From contig CAAFXG010000316.1 in assembly GCA_900766925.1 (NCBI GenBank), positions 3,735 to 67,734 of the forward strand: DNA of 64,000 nt, written 5' to 3'. The notes under the pieces are model-generated. The model was given only the letters and a program-made list of their open reading frames with translations, was not told the origin of the DNA and did not search any database. A program made the position numbers and the translations under genes. The stretch is from Lachnospiraceae bacterium (GTDB lineage: Bacteria; Bacillota; Clostridia; Lachnospirales; Lachnospiraceae). This document shows positions 45,769 to 56,746 of the stretch, one piece after another. The number at the start of each line of letters is the position of its first letter. The first letter of the stretch is position 1.

Positions 45769-47835
45769 ATGATTCATTTACTCGACAAAGCTACAATAGA
45801 TAAAATTGCAGCCGGTGAGGTTATTGAGAGACCCTCATCTGTGGTTAAGGAGCTTCTCGAAAATTCAATAGACGCAGGCTCCACATCGATTACTGTTGAA
45901 ATTAAGGATGGTGGCATGTCCTTCATACGTGTGACCGATAATGGCTGTGGAATATCTAAGGAAGAAGTAAGAACTGCATATATGCGTCATGCAACCAGTA
46001 AGATAGAGACTGCAGACGACCTTGCAGGTATAGTTTCCCTTGGATTCAGGGGTGAAGCCCTTTCCACGATTGCAGCCGTTGCACAAACAGAAATGATTAC
46101 CAAAACCGACGATTCACTAACAGGTGTTAAATATGTTATATACGGCGGAGAGGAGGTTGAATTTTGTGATGTAGGTGTACCTGACGGCACAACAATAGTT
46201 GTAAGGAACCTGTTTTTCAATACCCCCGCACGTAAAAAATTTCTTAAAACACCAATGACGGAGGGCTCCTATATAAACGATTTGGTACTGCATCTTGCAT
46301 TATCACACCCGGATATATCATTTAAGCTTATAGTAAATGGTACCAGCAAGCTTGACACATCAGGAAACGGCAATGTAAAAGACACTATTTATCAGCTTTT
46401 CGGACGTGATATAACCTCTAATCTTATTCCTATTGAATGTCAGGAGGGAGATATCATAATAAATGGTTTTATTGGTAAACCATTTATTTCACGTGGCAAC
46501 AGAGGGCTTGAAAATTACTTTATCAACAACAGGTATATTAAGAGCAGCATAATAAACAGGGCAATTGAGGAAGGCTATAAAACCTTTGTTATGCAGCATA
46601 AATTTCCGTTTACGGCACTGTATTTTGAGCTTCCGGCAGAAAAATGTGATGTAAATGTACATCCTACAAAAATGGAATTCAAATATGACAATGAACGGAT
46701 GCTGTTTGAGGTCATAACCAAGACGGTCCGTGAAGCATTAACACATAAGGAAATAATTCCTAAGGAAAATACTGATACCAGAAAAGAACGGCTTGAACAG
46801 CTTAAGGAAGAAGCAGCAGCCAAAAAAACAATGTCAAAACCTGCAGAGCCATACGAAAGTGTAAGACGTCAGAACGAATCAAGGATGACTCCACAGGCTA
46901 ATGTCCGTGCCGGAAAATACAGTCCGACCTATAAGATATTAGAAGCGCTTAAAAAGGCTGAGGAATCTGAAGCAACTTCCAGACCGGAGAATAAGGCAGT
47001 TAATAATGCTGCATTAAATTTGCTTAACGATGACGGAGTAAAATATACATCCGAACGAGATAATATTCTTCCGAAGGAAAATACTTCTATTGAGATATCT
47101 GCCAATGAAACTCCGTTTCAGTCCAAGAATCCGGCTGTTTCTGCATATACCCGTATGCAGACAAACAAAGACATTCTTAAGGATGATAACAAATTTCGTG
47201 AAGTAATGGGACATCAGGCCTCCTTATTTGATGATGACTTTCTTACCGAAAAAGCCCGTAAGAAGCACAGGGTAATAGGTCAGTTATTTAATACCTACTG
47301 GCTCATCGAATACGAAAAGAATCTGTATATTATGGATCAGCATGCGGCTCACGAAAAAGTAAACTACGAACGTATGCTCAAAAATTTCAACGAAAAACAG
47401 ATTTATTCACAGCAGCTCATGCCTCCTATGGTTGTAACGGTATCATACATAGAGAGACAGGCAATTCTGGATAATTTTGATTTGTTCATGAAAATTGGCT
47501 ATGACATTGAAGAATTTGGGGGAAACGAATTTAAAATTAATGCTGTTCCGAGCAATTTATTTGATGTCCATGGAAGAGAAATGTTTCTTGAATTTGTAAG
47601 TTCGCTCATAAATAATACAGGCTTCATGTCCAATGATATTTTCATAAAAAAGCTATCTACAATGGCATGTAAGGCTGCAATTAAGGGAAATATGAGTATT
47701 ACTTCCAAGGAGGCAGATGCCTTGATAGACGAGCTGTTACAGCTTGATAATCCATACACCTGTCCTCACGGCAGACCGACAATTATTTCAATAAGCGAGG
47801 ACGAGCTTGAGAAGAAATTCAAGAGAATAATATAG
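45769..47835 (+). CDS. mutL: DNA mismatch repair protein MutL
   Basis: GHKL ATPase N-terminus IAAGEVIERPSSVVKELLENSIDAG and GFRGEAL. The C-terminal endonuclease region contains QHAAHE. Confidence 0.95.
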   Translation: MIHLLDKATIDKIAAGEVIERPSSVVKELLENSIDAGSTSITVEIKDGGMSFIRVTDNGCGISKEEVRTAYMRHATSKIETADDLAGIVSLGFRGEALSTIAAVAQTEMITKTDDSLTGVKYVIYGGEEVEFCDVGVPDGTTIVVRNLFFNTPARKKFLKTPMTEGSYINDLVLHLALSHPDISFKLIVNGTSKLDTSGNGNVKDTIYQLFGRDITSNLIPIECQEGDIIINGFIGKPFISRGNRGLENYFINNRYIKSSIINRAIEEGYKTFVMQHKFPFTALYFELPAEKCDVNVHPTKMEFKYDNERMLFEVITKTVREALTHKEIIPKENTDTRKERLEQLKEEAAAKKTMSKPAEPYESVRRQNESRMTPQANVRAGKYSPTYKILEALKKAEESEATSRPENKAVNNAALNLLNDDGVKYTSERDNILPKENTSIEISANETPFQSKNPAVSAYTRMQTNKDILKDDNKFREVMGHQASLFDDDFLTEKARKKHRVIGQLFNTYWLIEYEKNLYIMDQHAAHEKVNYERMLKNFNEKQIYSQQLMPPMVVTVSYIERQAILDNFDLFMKIGYDIEEFGGNEFKINAVPSNLFDVHGREMFLEFVSSLINNTGFMSNDIFIKKLSTMACKAAIKGNMSITSKEADALIDELLQLDNPYTCPHGRPTIISISEDELEKKFKRII

Positions 47836-47871
47836 GTTTTTACGGAAATATCAGATTAAAAGGGGCACAAT

Positions 47872-48837
47872 ATGCAGGCAAGTGATTCAAAGAAAAAATT
47901 AATAATACTCACAGGTCCCACCGCAGTAGGCAAAACAGAGCTTTCCATCATGCTTGCAAAGGCCTGCCATGGGGAAATTATTTCGGCAGATTCTATTCAG
48001 GTTTATAAGCATTTTGACATTGGCTCAGCCAAGGTAACCAGGGAAGAAATGCAGGGTGTTCCACATCATCTGATAGATATATTGAATCCTGAAGACAATT
48101 TCAGTGTTGCTGACTTTAAAGAAATGACACTTGAGGCAATGGATAAGATTTATGCAAATGGTAATATACCTGTTATTACCGGTGGAACAGGCTTTTATAT
48201 ACAGGCTGTTCTAAATGATATAGATTTTACTAAGGTCGAAGACGATGGCTACAGAACATCACTTGAAGAGCTATATAAACAAAGAGGAGCGACTTACCTC
48301 TATCGCATGTTGGCAGAAATTGATCCTGAGTCGCTGGATGTCATACACGAAAACAACGTAAAACGTGTAATACGAGCTCTTGAATATTACCACCAGACAG
48401 GTGAGAAAATATCAACACATAACGAACGTGAAAAGAAAAAGGCTACTTCATATAATTCCGCCTATTTCGTTCTAAACTGTAACAGAGCTCTTTTGTATGA
48501 GAGAATAGAAAAAAGAGTTGATATTATGCTTGAGCAGGGACTTGTTGATGAGGTTAAACATCTTGTTGATACATACAAGCTTACAAGAAAGAACACCTCT
48601 TTGCAGGGAATCGGTTACAAGGAAATATTAGAATACCTTGATGGAAATATTACGCTTGATGAGGCAATATATATTCTTAAACGTGATACCAGACATTTTG
48701 CCAAAAGACAGCTCACTTGGTTTAAACGTGAGAAGGATGTAATCTGGGTAGATAAGGATAAATTGACAACAAAAGAAAAACAGCTCGAATTTATGCTGTC
48801 AGAGCTTAGCAGGAGGAATATTATAAATGAACGGTAA
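47872..48837 (+). CDS. miaA: tRNA dimethylallyltransferase MiaA
   Basis: P-loop GPTAVGKT, plus DSIQVYKHFDIGSAK and GGTGFY. Confidence 0.9.
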   Translation: MQASDSKKKLIILTGPTAVGKTELSIMLAKACHGEIISADSIQVYKHFDIGSAKVTREEMQGVPHHLIDILNPEDNFSVADFKEMTLEAMDKIYANGNIPVITGGTGFYIQAVLNDIDFTKVEDDGYRTSLEELYKQRGATYLYRMLAEIDPESLDVIHENNVKRVIRALEYYHQTGEKISTHNEREKKKATSYNSAYFVLNCNRALLYERIEKRVDIMLEQGLVDEVKHLVDTYKLTRKNTSLQGIGYKEILEYLDGNITLDEAIYILKRDTRHFAKRQLTWFKREKDVIWVDKDKLTTKEKQLEFMLSELSRRNIINER

Positions 48838-50119
48838 AGATACATTAAAACAATACTATATTGATTTAGGTATTGATGAAAAGGTATACGATTTTTGTGC
48901 TGATATAGAAGAAACCTTAAGAGACAGGTTTGCAGATATTGATAAAATTGCTGAGCAAAATCAGGTAAAAGTTCTTAAGGCCATGCAGGAGGCTAATTTC
49001 TCAGAAGCACACATGAATGGAACAACCGGGTATGGATATAATGACTCCGGAAGAGAAGCAATAGAAGAAATATATGCAAAGGTATTTAGAACAGAGGATG
49101 CATTAGTAAGGCAACAGATTACCTGTGGTACTCATGCACTCACAATAGCCTTAGCCGGTAATCTTCGTCCGGGTGACGAAATTCTTTCACCGGTCGGCAA
49201 GGTCTATGATACGCTTGAGGGTGTTATAGGTGTAAGAGAGTCCAAAGGCTCACTTGCCGAATTTGGTATTACCTTTAAACAGGTTGATTTACTTCCAAAT
49301 GGTGAATTTGATTATGATAACATTAAAAAGAACATAAATGAACATACTAAGCTCATAGAAATTCAACGTTCAAAAGGCTATGATGTAAGACCCACCTTAT
49401 CAGTAGCAAAGATTGGGCAGGTTATTAAATTTATCAAAACAATTAAACCTGATGTTATCTGTATGGTTGATAATTGTTATGGAGAGTTTGTAGATATAAT
49501 AGAACCTTCTGAGGTTGGAGCTGACATGGTTGTCGGTTCACTTATTAAAAATCCGGGCGGTGGCTTAGCCCCAATCGGAGGATATATTTGCGGTACAAAG
49601 GAATGTATTGAAAACTGCGCATACAGACTTACAAGTCCGGGACTTGGCAAAGAGGTAGGTGCATCACTTAATGTTACCAGAAGCTTCGCACAGGGCTTAT
49701 TCCTTGCTCCGACGGTAACTGCAGCCGCACTTAAGGGTGCCATCTTTGCAGCAAATGTCTACGAAAAGCTAGGCTTTAAAACAGTTCCTGACTCAACTGA
49801 GGAACGACATGATATTATACAGGCAGTGGAATTTGGCAAACCTGAACTGATACGGGCATTTTGCGAAGGAATACAGGCTGCGGCACCGGTTGACAGCTAT
49901 GTTACTCCTATTCCCTGGGATATGCCCGGATATGACAGTCAGGTTATTATGGCAGCCGGAGCGTTTGTATCCGGTGCATCAATTGAATTATCTGCAGATG
50001 CGCCAATGAAGGAGCCGTATGCAGTATATTTTCAGGGGGGCCTTACCTATCCACATGCAAAGTTCGGTATAATGATGTCCTTACAGAAAATTGTAGAAAA
50101 AGGTCTTATAGTATGGTAG
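48827..50119 (+). CDS. PLP-dependent methionine gamma-lyase family protein (YnbB / aluminium-resistance-like)
   Basis: GTTGYGYNDSGREAIEEIYAKVF...SLIKNPGGGLAP is typical of the YnbB family, which often follows miaA. Confidence 0.75.
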   Translation: MNGKDTLKQYYIDLGIDEKVYDFCADIEETLRDRFADIDKIAEQNQVKVLKAMQEANFSEAHMNGTTGYGYNDSGREAIEEIYAKVFRTEDALVRQQITCGTHALTIALAGNLRPGDEILSPVGKVYDTLEGVIGVRESKGSLAEFGITFKQVDLLPNGEFDYDNIKKNINEHTKLIEIQRSKGYDVRPTLSVAKIGQVIKFIKTIKPDVICMVDNCYGEFVDIIEPSEVGADMVVGSLIKNPGGGLAPIGGYICGTKECIENCAYRLTSPGLGKEVGASLNVTRSFAQGLFLAPTVTAAALKGAIFAANVYEKLGFKTVPDSTEERHDIIQAVEFGKPELIRAFCEGIQAAAPVDSYVTPIPWDMPGYDSQVIMAAGAFVSGASIELSADAPMKEPYAVYFQGGLTYPHAKFGIMMSLQKIVEKGLIVW

Positions 50120-50165
50120 ACTATAATTTATGCGTGGTAAGTCAAACCATAACGGAGGAGAAATA

Positions 50166-50426
50166 ATGGCAAAATCAGTAGATAAAAGCGGTTGGACACT
50201 ATTAGTAATTTTACTTTGCGGAATTGTTTTAGGTGGTTTCCTTGGATATCTGTGCCGTAATGTAAGTGGATTATCATGGTTGTCATATGGTCAGACCTTT
50301 GGTTTGTCAGAGCCGTTGGTTCTTGACCTTGGTATACTTGTCTTAACCTTTGGGTTTACAATTTCAATAAATATTGCCAGTATTATCGGTATAGTTATTG
50401 GAATTATACTCTACAAAAAACTATAA
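50166..50426 (+). CDS. Small membrane protein, DUF4321-like
   Basis: 86 aa from ATG 50166 (RBS GGAGGAG). Two hydrophobic helices. The position ahead of radC and the mre genes is typical for this family. Confidence 0.6.
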   Translation: MAKSVDKSGWTLLVILLCGIVLGGFLGYLCRNVSGLSWLSYGQTFGLSEPLVLDLGILVLTFGFTISINIASIIGIVIGIILYKKL

Positions 50427-50469
50427 ACGGATGTTTCCTTTTGCACCCGGAGAGGTGGAAGGAGACTAA

Positions 50470-51162
50470 ATGAATAATTTGATTAAGGATATTGCGGTGT
50501 GTGAAAGACCATACGAAAAGGCAATATCAAATGGTGTGTCTACACTAAGTGATGCGGAGCTTTTAGCGGTGATTTTAAGGACCGGAACCAGAGACTCAAG
50601 CTCAATTGATTTGGCTAACCGCATTTTAAATGCCCATTTTTTTCATAAAGGGCTGATTGGTCTGCAGTATATCAGAAGAGAAGAGCTGCTTAAAATCAAA
50701 GGCATTGGAAATACGAAAGCAACCCAGCTTCTTGCAATATCGGAGCTGGCTAATCGTATGAACCAAACTCGTCTAAAAATGGATATATCATTTAACAATC
50801 CTGAAACAATTGTGGCGTATTATATGGAGAAATGCAAATATCTTACAAAAGAAAATACATTTCTTATGATGTTTTCCAATACAAATATGCTTATTAAAGA
50901 TATACGATTATCTGAAGGTACTGTTAATCAGGCATTACTTTCGCCAAGGGATATTTTTATAGAAGCACTTAAATGTGAAGCGGTCTATATAATACTTGTA
51001 CATAATCATCCATCAGGTTTGCCTGAACCAAGCAATGCAGATAAGGAAGTTACAATCAAGGTGGCTTCAGCAGGCTATTTACTTGATATACAACTAATCG
51101 ACCACATAATAATTGGTAATCAAAGCTATGTCAGCATGCGTGAAAGAGGAATAATACAATGA
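50470..51162 (+). CDS. radC: RadC-like JAB/MPN domain protein
   Basis: HhH region LLKIKGIGNTKATQL and JAMM motif VHNHPSG. Confidence 0.85.
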   Translation: MNNLIKDIAVCERPYEKAISNGVSTLSDAELLAVILRTGTRDSSSIDLANRILNAHFFHKGLIGLQYIRREELLKIKGIGNTKATQLLAISELANRMNQTRLKMDISFNNPETIVAYYMEKCKYLTKENTFLMMFSNTNMLIKDIRLSEGTVNQALLSPRDIFIEALKCEAVYIILVHNHPSGLPEPSNADKEVTIKVASAGYLLDIQLIDHIIIGNQSYVSMRERGIIQ

Positions 51163-52007
51163 AATTTGATAAGAGAAGAGACATACATCCAAAATATCTT
51201 TTATTGGCACTAACAATAATTTGTGTCATTTTTTTAGTGTTCTCTTATTTTGCGGGAGATAAAATTGCTGTTCTCAAAAATCATACGGTTAAAATCATAA
51301 CACCTATCCAGCAGGGAATAAATGAAATTGGTATATGGACAGACTCCAAACTCAAGAACCTCAAAGAAATTGAGAAATTGAATGCCGAAAATGCTGAACT
51401 AAAAAATCAGATTTCAGAATACAAAGCTGAAATAACCAATTATCAAAACAAGCTTTTGGAGCTTTCAAATCTTCAGGCATTATACAAGCTTGATGAGCAA
51501 TATCCTGACTATAATAAAACTGCCGCAAATGTATTTGCCAAGGATGCCTCATCATGGTTTTCAATATTCTATATTGACAAGGGACGAAATGACGAGATAT
51601 ATGTCGGAGCCAATGTATTGTGTGGTGACGGCTTAGCAGGTATAGTAACAGAATGCTATGATGACTATTCAAAGGTACGTGCAGTTATTGATGACAGCTC
51701 TAATATAAGCGCCAGAGTTATGCCTGCAAATGCACTTTGTACGGTTGAGGGTAACTTAAGTCAGTTTGATAACGGATATATGACTGTCAAAAATATAGAT
51801 AAGGATGCGAAGGTATCGGTTGGTGACAAGGTGGTTACCTCAACGATTTCAGAACGTTTCCATCCGGGTATAACGATTGGATATGTCTCCGAAATATCAA
51901 TGGATTCAAATAACCTTACAATGACTGCATATATAACACCTGCAGTTAATTTTGACAATATTTCCAATGTGCTTATAATCACCGACCAGAAACAGATTGT
52001 AAATTAA
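51159..52007 (+). CDS. mreC: Rod shape-determining protein MreC
   Basis: TM helix plus coiled coil (NAENAELKNQISEYKAEI), then a beta-barrel domain with GLAGIVTE and VVTS...FHPGITIG. ATGA overlap with radC. Confidence 0.85.
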   Translation: MKFDKRRDIHPKYLLLALTIICVIFLVFSYFAGDKIAVLKNHTVKIITPIQQGINEIGIWTDSKLKNLKEIEKLNAENAELKNQISEYKAEITNYQNKLLELSNLQALYKLDEQYPDYNKTAANVFAKDASSWFSIFYIDKGRNDEIYVGANVLCGDGLAGIVTECYDDYSKVRAVIDDSSNISARVMPANALCTVEGNLSQFDNGYMTVKNIDKDAKVSVGDKVVTSTISERFHPGITIGYVSEISMDSNNLTMTAYITPAVNFDNISNVLIITDQKQIVN

Positions 52008-52022
52008 CAAAGGCGGCATAAT

Positions 52023-52535
52023 ATGAGAAGAATATTAACACTTTCAATTCTTATAATTTTGAATTTCACATTGCAGTCAACTGTATTTGGTTTTCATGAT
52101 ATTGACAGTATTACTCCGAATTTACTTTTGATTTTAACTATGTCATTCGGATTAATGCGTGGAAGACGTGAAGGTATGCTTGTAGGCTTTTTCAGCGGTT
52201 TTCTTTTGGATATCTTTTTTTCCAGCATACTGGGACCATATATGCTGGTTTATATGTTTATTGGATATATAAACGGTTTTTTTCACAAGAATTATATGGT
52301 AGAAGATGTAATGCTTCCTCTTATCGTAATAATTGTTGATGAGTTTGCTTTTAACACTGTAATATATATAATTTGCTTTTTGCTACAAAATCATTTGAAT
52401 TATACGGATTATTTAAGAAGTATCATATTACCGGAAATGCTTTGCACCGCATTACTTACAATAATAATCTATAAAGTATACGTAGTTATTAACAGATACC
52501 TCAAGCTTAAGGTTGAAGGGAAGGAAAATAAATGA
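52023..52535 (+). CDS. mreD: Rod shape-determining protein MreD
   Basis: 170 aa, five hydrophobic helices, directly after mreC. Confidence 0.75.
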   Translation: MRRILTLSILIILNFTLQSTVFGFHDIDSITPNLLLILTMSFGLMRGRREGMLVGFFSGFLLDIFFSSILGPYMLVYMFIGYINGFFHKNYMVEDVMLPLIVIIVDEFAFNTVIYIICFLLQNHLNYTDYLRSIILPEMLCTALLTIIIYKVYVVINRYLKLKVEGKENK

Positions 52536-55378
52536 TTCGGGAAATACTTGATTCAATCAAAGAAATAATACTCGATTATGTCAGACACAGGCTTTTCCCA
52601 ATTACTCTTATTGTAATTGCATTATTTTGTGTACTGGTAAACAGACTTTTCCAGCTTCAGATTGTTGAGGGAAAAGAGCATATGGAAAATTTTATATACA
52701 AATCAGAAAAAACTCTTACTATTGAGTCTGTCAGAGGCAATATCTATGACAAAAATGGCAAGCTTCTTGCTTACAATGAATTATCATACTCTGTAGTATA
52801 TAGTAATGATACAAGAATCTCCGCAAGGGCAAAGGAGCTTGGGTTATCTGAAAACAGGCTCAAAAACTCTATTTTATCAAGAACAATAAATATACTTGAA
52901 GAGCATGGTGATACACTGTATGTGGATTTTCCTATTACCTTAACTCCGGGTGGAGAATATAAATATACAATTTCTGAAAATCAGCTTAAGACCTTCTTAC
53001 AAAATGTGTATTCTGTTACAGATTTTGATAAGCTTTCAGATGAGAAGAAAAATTCAACTGCAGAGGATATAATAACATATTTATCAGGGAGTAAAATGTT
53101 TGATTTATCAGATGAATACAACAGGGAAGAAGCCTTAAAAATTATCTCCTGCAGATATAAGCTGTGGCTGAACAGATATCAGCAATATGTGCCTGTCACC
53201 ATAGCCTATGATATAAGTGAGGAAAGCAATGCCGCAATCACAGAGTTTTCTGATGAATTAATCGGAATGTCAGTATGCGTAAAATCACTCAGAAAATACA
53301 ATGATGCTGTTTATTTTGCTCATATAATAGGATATGTTGGGGCTATTTCCGGTGATGAAATGGAAAAATACAATCTTACCCTTTCTGAGAACGAGCAATA
53401 TAAGGGCGAGGAAATGGTTGGTAAGACAGGAATTGAGCAATATTGTGAAAGCGAGCTTCGCGGAAGCAGTGGTTCTGAGACAATGTATGTCGATAATCTG
53501 GGTAAGGTTATTGAAACAGTTGAAACAACCCCTGCAACGGCAGGAAATGATGTCTATCTTACGATAGATGCCGACCTGCAAAAATATTGTTACAACATGC
53601 TTGAAAAGGAAATTGCATCTATTATTCTTGCAAATCTTACAAGTGTTTTATATGTTGAGCCTGAAGAAAATGCACCGATACCTATTTCGGATGTTTATTT
53701 TGGTCTGTTTAATAATAATTATTTATCAATTGAAGCCATGAGTGAGCCTGATGCATCTGAGCTTGAGAGATCAATTTACTCATTATTTACCTCAAAAAAA
53801 GCTAACACTCTGGAAAAGCTTAATGACATTCTTACCAAAAGCTACACACCATTATCAGGCTTAAACAGGGAATATCAGGAATACATGGAATATATCTGTG
53901 AGGCATTGAGCAAAAACGGTATATATGATTCCGGTTCAATTCCTAAGGACGGCAAGGAATTTATAGCATATACTAACGATGAGACATCCCTTGCTGAATA
54001 TCTTAAATATGCAATAAGTATAGAGGCAATTGATATATCTGAAATTGATATAGACAGCTCATATTATGACAACGATGAAACCTATACGCTATTATGCGAT
54101 TATATTATAAAATATCTTGATTCGGATACTGAATTCGACAAACAAATAACCAAAAATATGATACAATCCGGTGAAATAACAGGTGCAAACATTGTAAATC
54201 TGATATATTTACAGGGATTATTGGATGAAGACGGGGATAAAGAATTTGCAGAGTACAACAACGGACAATATGGACCATACGAGTTCATGCGCAAAAAAAT
54301 TGAGAATCTTGATATAACTCCTGCAATGCTTGCCATAGAACCCTGCTCAGGTTCGGTTGTGATAACCGACGTAAATACCGGAGATGTCTTGGCAATGGTT
54401 ACCTATCCAAGCTATGATAATAACTACTTAACAAATGAAGTTAATTCAAAGTATTACAATACACTTCTGGCTGATAAGACTACACCTTTATACAATCGTG
54501 CTGCTCAACAAAAGACTGCGCCCGGTTCAACCTATAAACCACTTTCAGCTATTGCCGGTTTAACGGAAGGTGTTATTGATACTTCAACCTATATAGCCTG
54601 CCTTGGAGAATTTGATAAGGTTGAGCCGCCACCAAGATGCTGGTCATATCCTGTTGGACATGGTGCCTTAAATGTACAGGGTGGTATCAAAAACTCATGT
54701 AACATTTTCTTCTATCAGGTTGGATATAGTCTGGCTAAAACAGAAGATGGCAAATATAGTGACTCATATGGTTTGGAAAGACTGAACAAATATGCTAATT
54801 TATTTGGACTAAATGATTTGTCCGGAATTGAGTTACCTGAAATTACTCCTACAGTGTCAGATAATGATATTGTTCGAAGTGCAATAGGACAGGGCAAGAA
54901 TTCATATGCACCTATTCAGATTTCACGATATATAACAACAGTTGCTAATTCAGGTACATGCTTTGATTTGACACTTATTGATAAAGTAACTGACTATGAG
55001 GGTAACCTTCTCAAAGATAACGAAGCTAATGTCAGAAACAAAATCAATGAAGTTACTGCAGGCACCTGGGACGTTGTACATGCAGGAATGCGAGATGTTG
55101 TAACAGGTGTGGGCAAGGATGACCTGATTAATAAGGTTAATGTAAATATTGCAGGAAAAACAGGTACAGCACAGGAAAGTGAAATAAAGCCTGACCATGC
55201 ATTATTTGTTTCATATGCTCCATATGAGAATCCTGAGGTATCTGTAACCTGTGTAATACAAAATGGTTATTCATCAGGAAATGCGAGGGAGCTTGCATCA
55301 TTTATTTATGCGTATATGTATGATTCTGATAAGCTGGCTGATGCAAAAATGAAAGGCAATACCAGTGTATCAGATTAA
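52532..55378 (+). CDS. Penicillin-binding protein 2 (elongasome class B PBP), long form
   Basis: N-terminal TM helix, RGNIYDKNGKLLA, SxxK (APGSTYK), SxN (NSCN), KTG (AGKTGTA). 948 aa. Confidence 0.85.
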   Translation: MIREILDSIKEIILDYVRHRLFPITLIVIALFCVLVNRLFQLQIVEGKEHMENFIYKSEKTLTIESVRGNIYDKNGKLLAYNELSYSVVYSNDTRISARAKELGLSENRLKNSILSRTINILEEHGDTLYVDFPITLTPGGEYKYTISENQLKTFLQNVYSVTDFDKLSDEKKNSTAEDIITYLSGSKMFDLSDEYNREEALKIISCRYKLWLNRYQQYVPVTIAYDISEESNAAITEFSDELIGMSVCVKSLRKYNDAVYFAHIIGYVGAISGDEMEKYNLTLSENEQYKGEEMVGKTGIEQYCESELRGSSGSETMYVDNLGKVIETVETTPATAGNDVYLTIDADLQKYCYNMLEKEIASIILANLTSVLYVEPEENAPIPISDVYFGLFNNNYLSIEAMSEPDASELERSIYSLFTSKKANTLEKLNDILTKSYTPLSGLNREYQEYMEYICEALSKNGIYDSGSIPKDGKEFIAYTNDETSLAEYLKYAISIEAIDISEIDIDSSYYDNDETYTLLCDYIIKYLDSDTEFDKQITKNMIQSGEITGANIVNLIYLQGLLDEDGDKEFAEYNNGQYGPYEFMRKKIENLDITPAMLAIEPCSGSVVITDVNTGDVLAMVTYPSYDNNYLTNEVNSKYYNTLLADKTTPLYNRAAQQKTAPGSTYKPLSAIAGLTEGVIDTSTYIACLGEFDKVEPPPRCWSYPVGHGALNVQGGIKNSCNIFFYQVGYSLAKTEDGKYSDSYGLERLNKYANLFGLNDLSGIELPEITPTVSDNDIVRSAIGQGKNSYAPIQISRYITTVANSGTCFDLTLIDKVTDYEGNLLKDNEANVRNKINEVTAGTWDVVHAGMRDVVTGVGKDDLINKVNVNIAGKTGTAQESEIKPDHALFVSYAPYENPEVSVTCVIQNGYSSGNARELASFIYAYMYDSDKLADAKMKGNTSVSD

Positions 55379-55430
55379 ATAAATTACAGGCGGGTTATTG
55401 ACTGCTAAATTTAAAAAAAAGAGGTGAGAA

Positions 55431-55937
55431 ATGATAAGTCCCGTTATTATTAAAGGTAATAAAATGGGCATTAGGTTAATAATTCCCTCAGAAGCGGTTT
55501 TAGACGATGTTATCGCAGAGCTCAAAAGAAAGCTTCAGAAAACAGGGCATTATTACAGAAGCATTAAACCAATTTCAGTTACCTTTGGAGGAAAGTATTT
55601 AACAGAGGATGAAACAGATACAATAATAGATACTTTAAGAAATATAGGACTTAACATACAACCGAACAATACGCAAACAAAACAAAAGAAAGAATACACA
55701 AGAGATTTACTATCCGACAAAGATGGTCTGTTTTATGTTGGTAATTTAAAAGCAGGCCAGTCAATTGATGCCTCTGAAAGTATAATTATAGTCGGAGACA
55801 TCGAACAGGGAGCATCAGTATTTTCTACAGGAAACATAATTGTAACCGGCGCACTGAATGGATATGCAGAGGCCGGGTGCAAAGGCAGAAAGGATGCTTT
55901 TGTTTATAGTTTCATTAATGGGAGGAATAGTAAATGA
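55431..55937 (+). CDS. minC: Septum site-determining protein MinC (short form)
   Basis: C-terminal beta-helix repeat IIVGDIEQGASVFSTGNIIVTGALNGYAEAG. Lies directly upstream of minD. Confidence 0.75.
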   Translation: MISPVIIKGNKMGIRLIIPSEAVLDDVIAELKRKLQKTGHYYRSIKPISVTFGGKYLTEDETDTIIDTLRNIGLNIQPNNTQTKQKKEYTRDLLSDKDGLFYVGNLKAGQSIDASESIIIVGDIEQGASVFSTGNIIVTGALNGYAEAGCKGRKDAFVYSFINGRNSK

Positions 55938-56746
55938 GCGAAGTGATAGTAGTAACATCAGGTAAGGGTGGTGTAGGTAAAACCACAACAACTGCTAATA
56001 TAGGTACAGGATTGGCCAGATTAGGGTACACTGTACTCCTGATTGACACAGACATAGGACTTAGAAATCTTGATGTAGTCATGGGACTTGAAAATCGCAT
56101 TGTGTATAATCTCGTTGACGTAATAGAAGGTAATTGCAGGGCTAAATCGGCAATTATTAAAGATAAAAACTGTGCCGGTTTATATTTATTACCTGCAGCA
56201 CAAACAAGAGATAAAACTGCTATAGTTCCGGAACAGATGAAGAAGCTGATAGAAGAATTAAAGCCTAATTATGACTACATAATAATTGACTGTCCTGCAG
56301 GCATTGAACATGGCTTTAAAAATGCCATTGCGGCAGCCGAAAGAGCAATAATTGTCACTACACCGGAGGTATCGGCAATAAGAGATGCAGACCGAATTAT
56401 AGGTATTCTTGATGCAAACGAAATGCCCAGAATAGAGCTTGTTATTAACAAGGTCAGACAGGACATGGTCAAACGCGGTGATATGATGTCTGTAGATGAT
56501 GTTGTAGAGATACTTGCAATCCATCTGCTTGGTACAATTTCAGACGATGAAAATATCGTCATTTCAACCAACAGAGGAGAGCCAATTGCCGGTTCAAACA
56601 CCAAAACAGGCAAGGCCTATGATAATATTGCCAGAAGAATAGCAGGCGAAGCTGCAGCAACAAGTGAGCCTGAAAAATTTACATTATTTAAATGGATAAA
56701 GAAGAAGGATAAGGATGTTCACAAAATTCAATCTCAGGGATTATAA
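55934..56746 (+). CDS. minD: Septum site-determining ATPase MinD
   Basis: Deviant Walker A SGKGGVGKTT, IIDCPAG, and a C-terminal amphipathic tail FTLFKWIKKK. Confidence 0.9.
   Translation: MSEVIVVTSGKGGVGKTTTTANIGTGLARLGYTVLLIDTDIGLRNLDVVMGLENRIVYNLVDVIEGNCRAKSAIIKDKNCAGLYLLPAAQTRDKTAIVPEQMKKLIEELKPNYDYIIIDCPAGIEHGFKNAIAAAERAIIVTTPEVSAIRDADRIIGILDANEMPRIELVINKVRQDMVKRGDMMSVDDVVEILAIHLLGTISDDENIVISTNRGEPIAGSNTKTGKAYDNIARRIAGEAAATSEPEKFTLFKWIKKKDKDVHKIQSQGL

Noticed and set aside
52532-55378. The 948-aa length of PBP2 as evidence of a novel inserted domain
   Set aside because: Long N-terminal pedestal regions are common in clostridial class B PBPs. Without an alignment I cannot delimit an insertion, so this is not reported as a finding.
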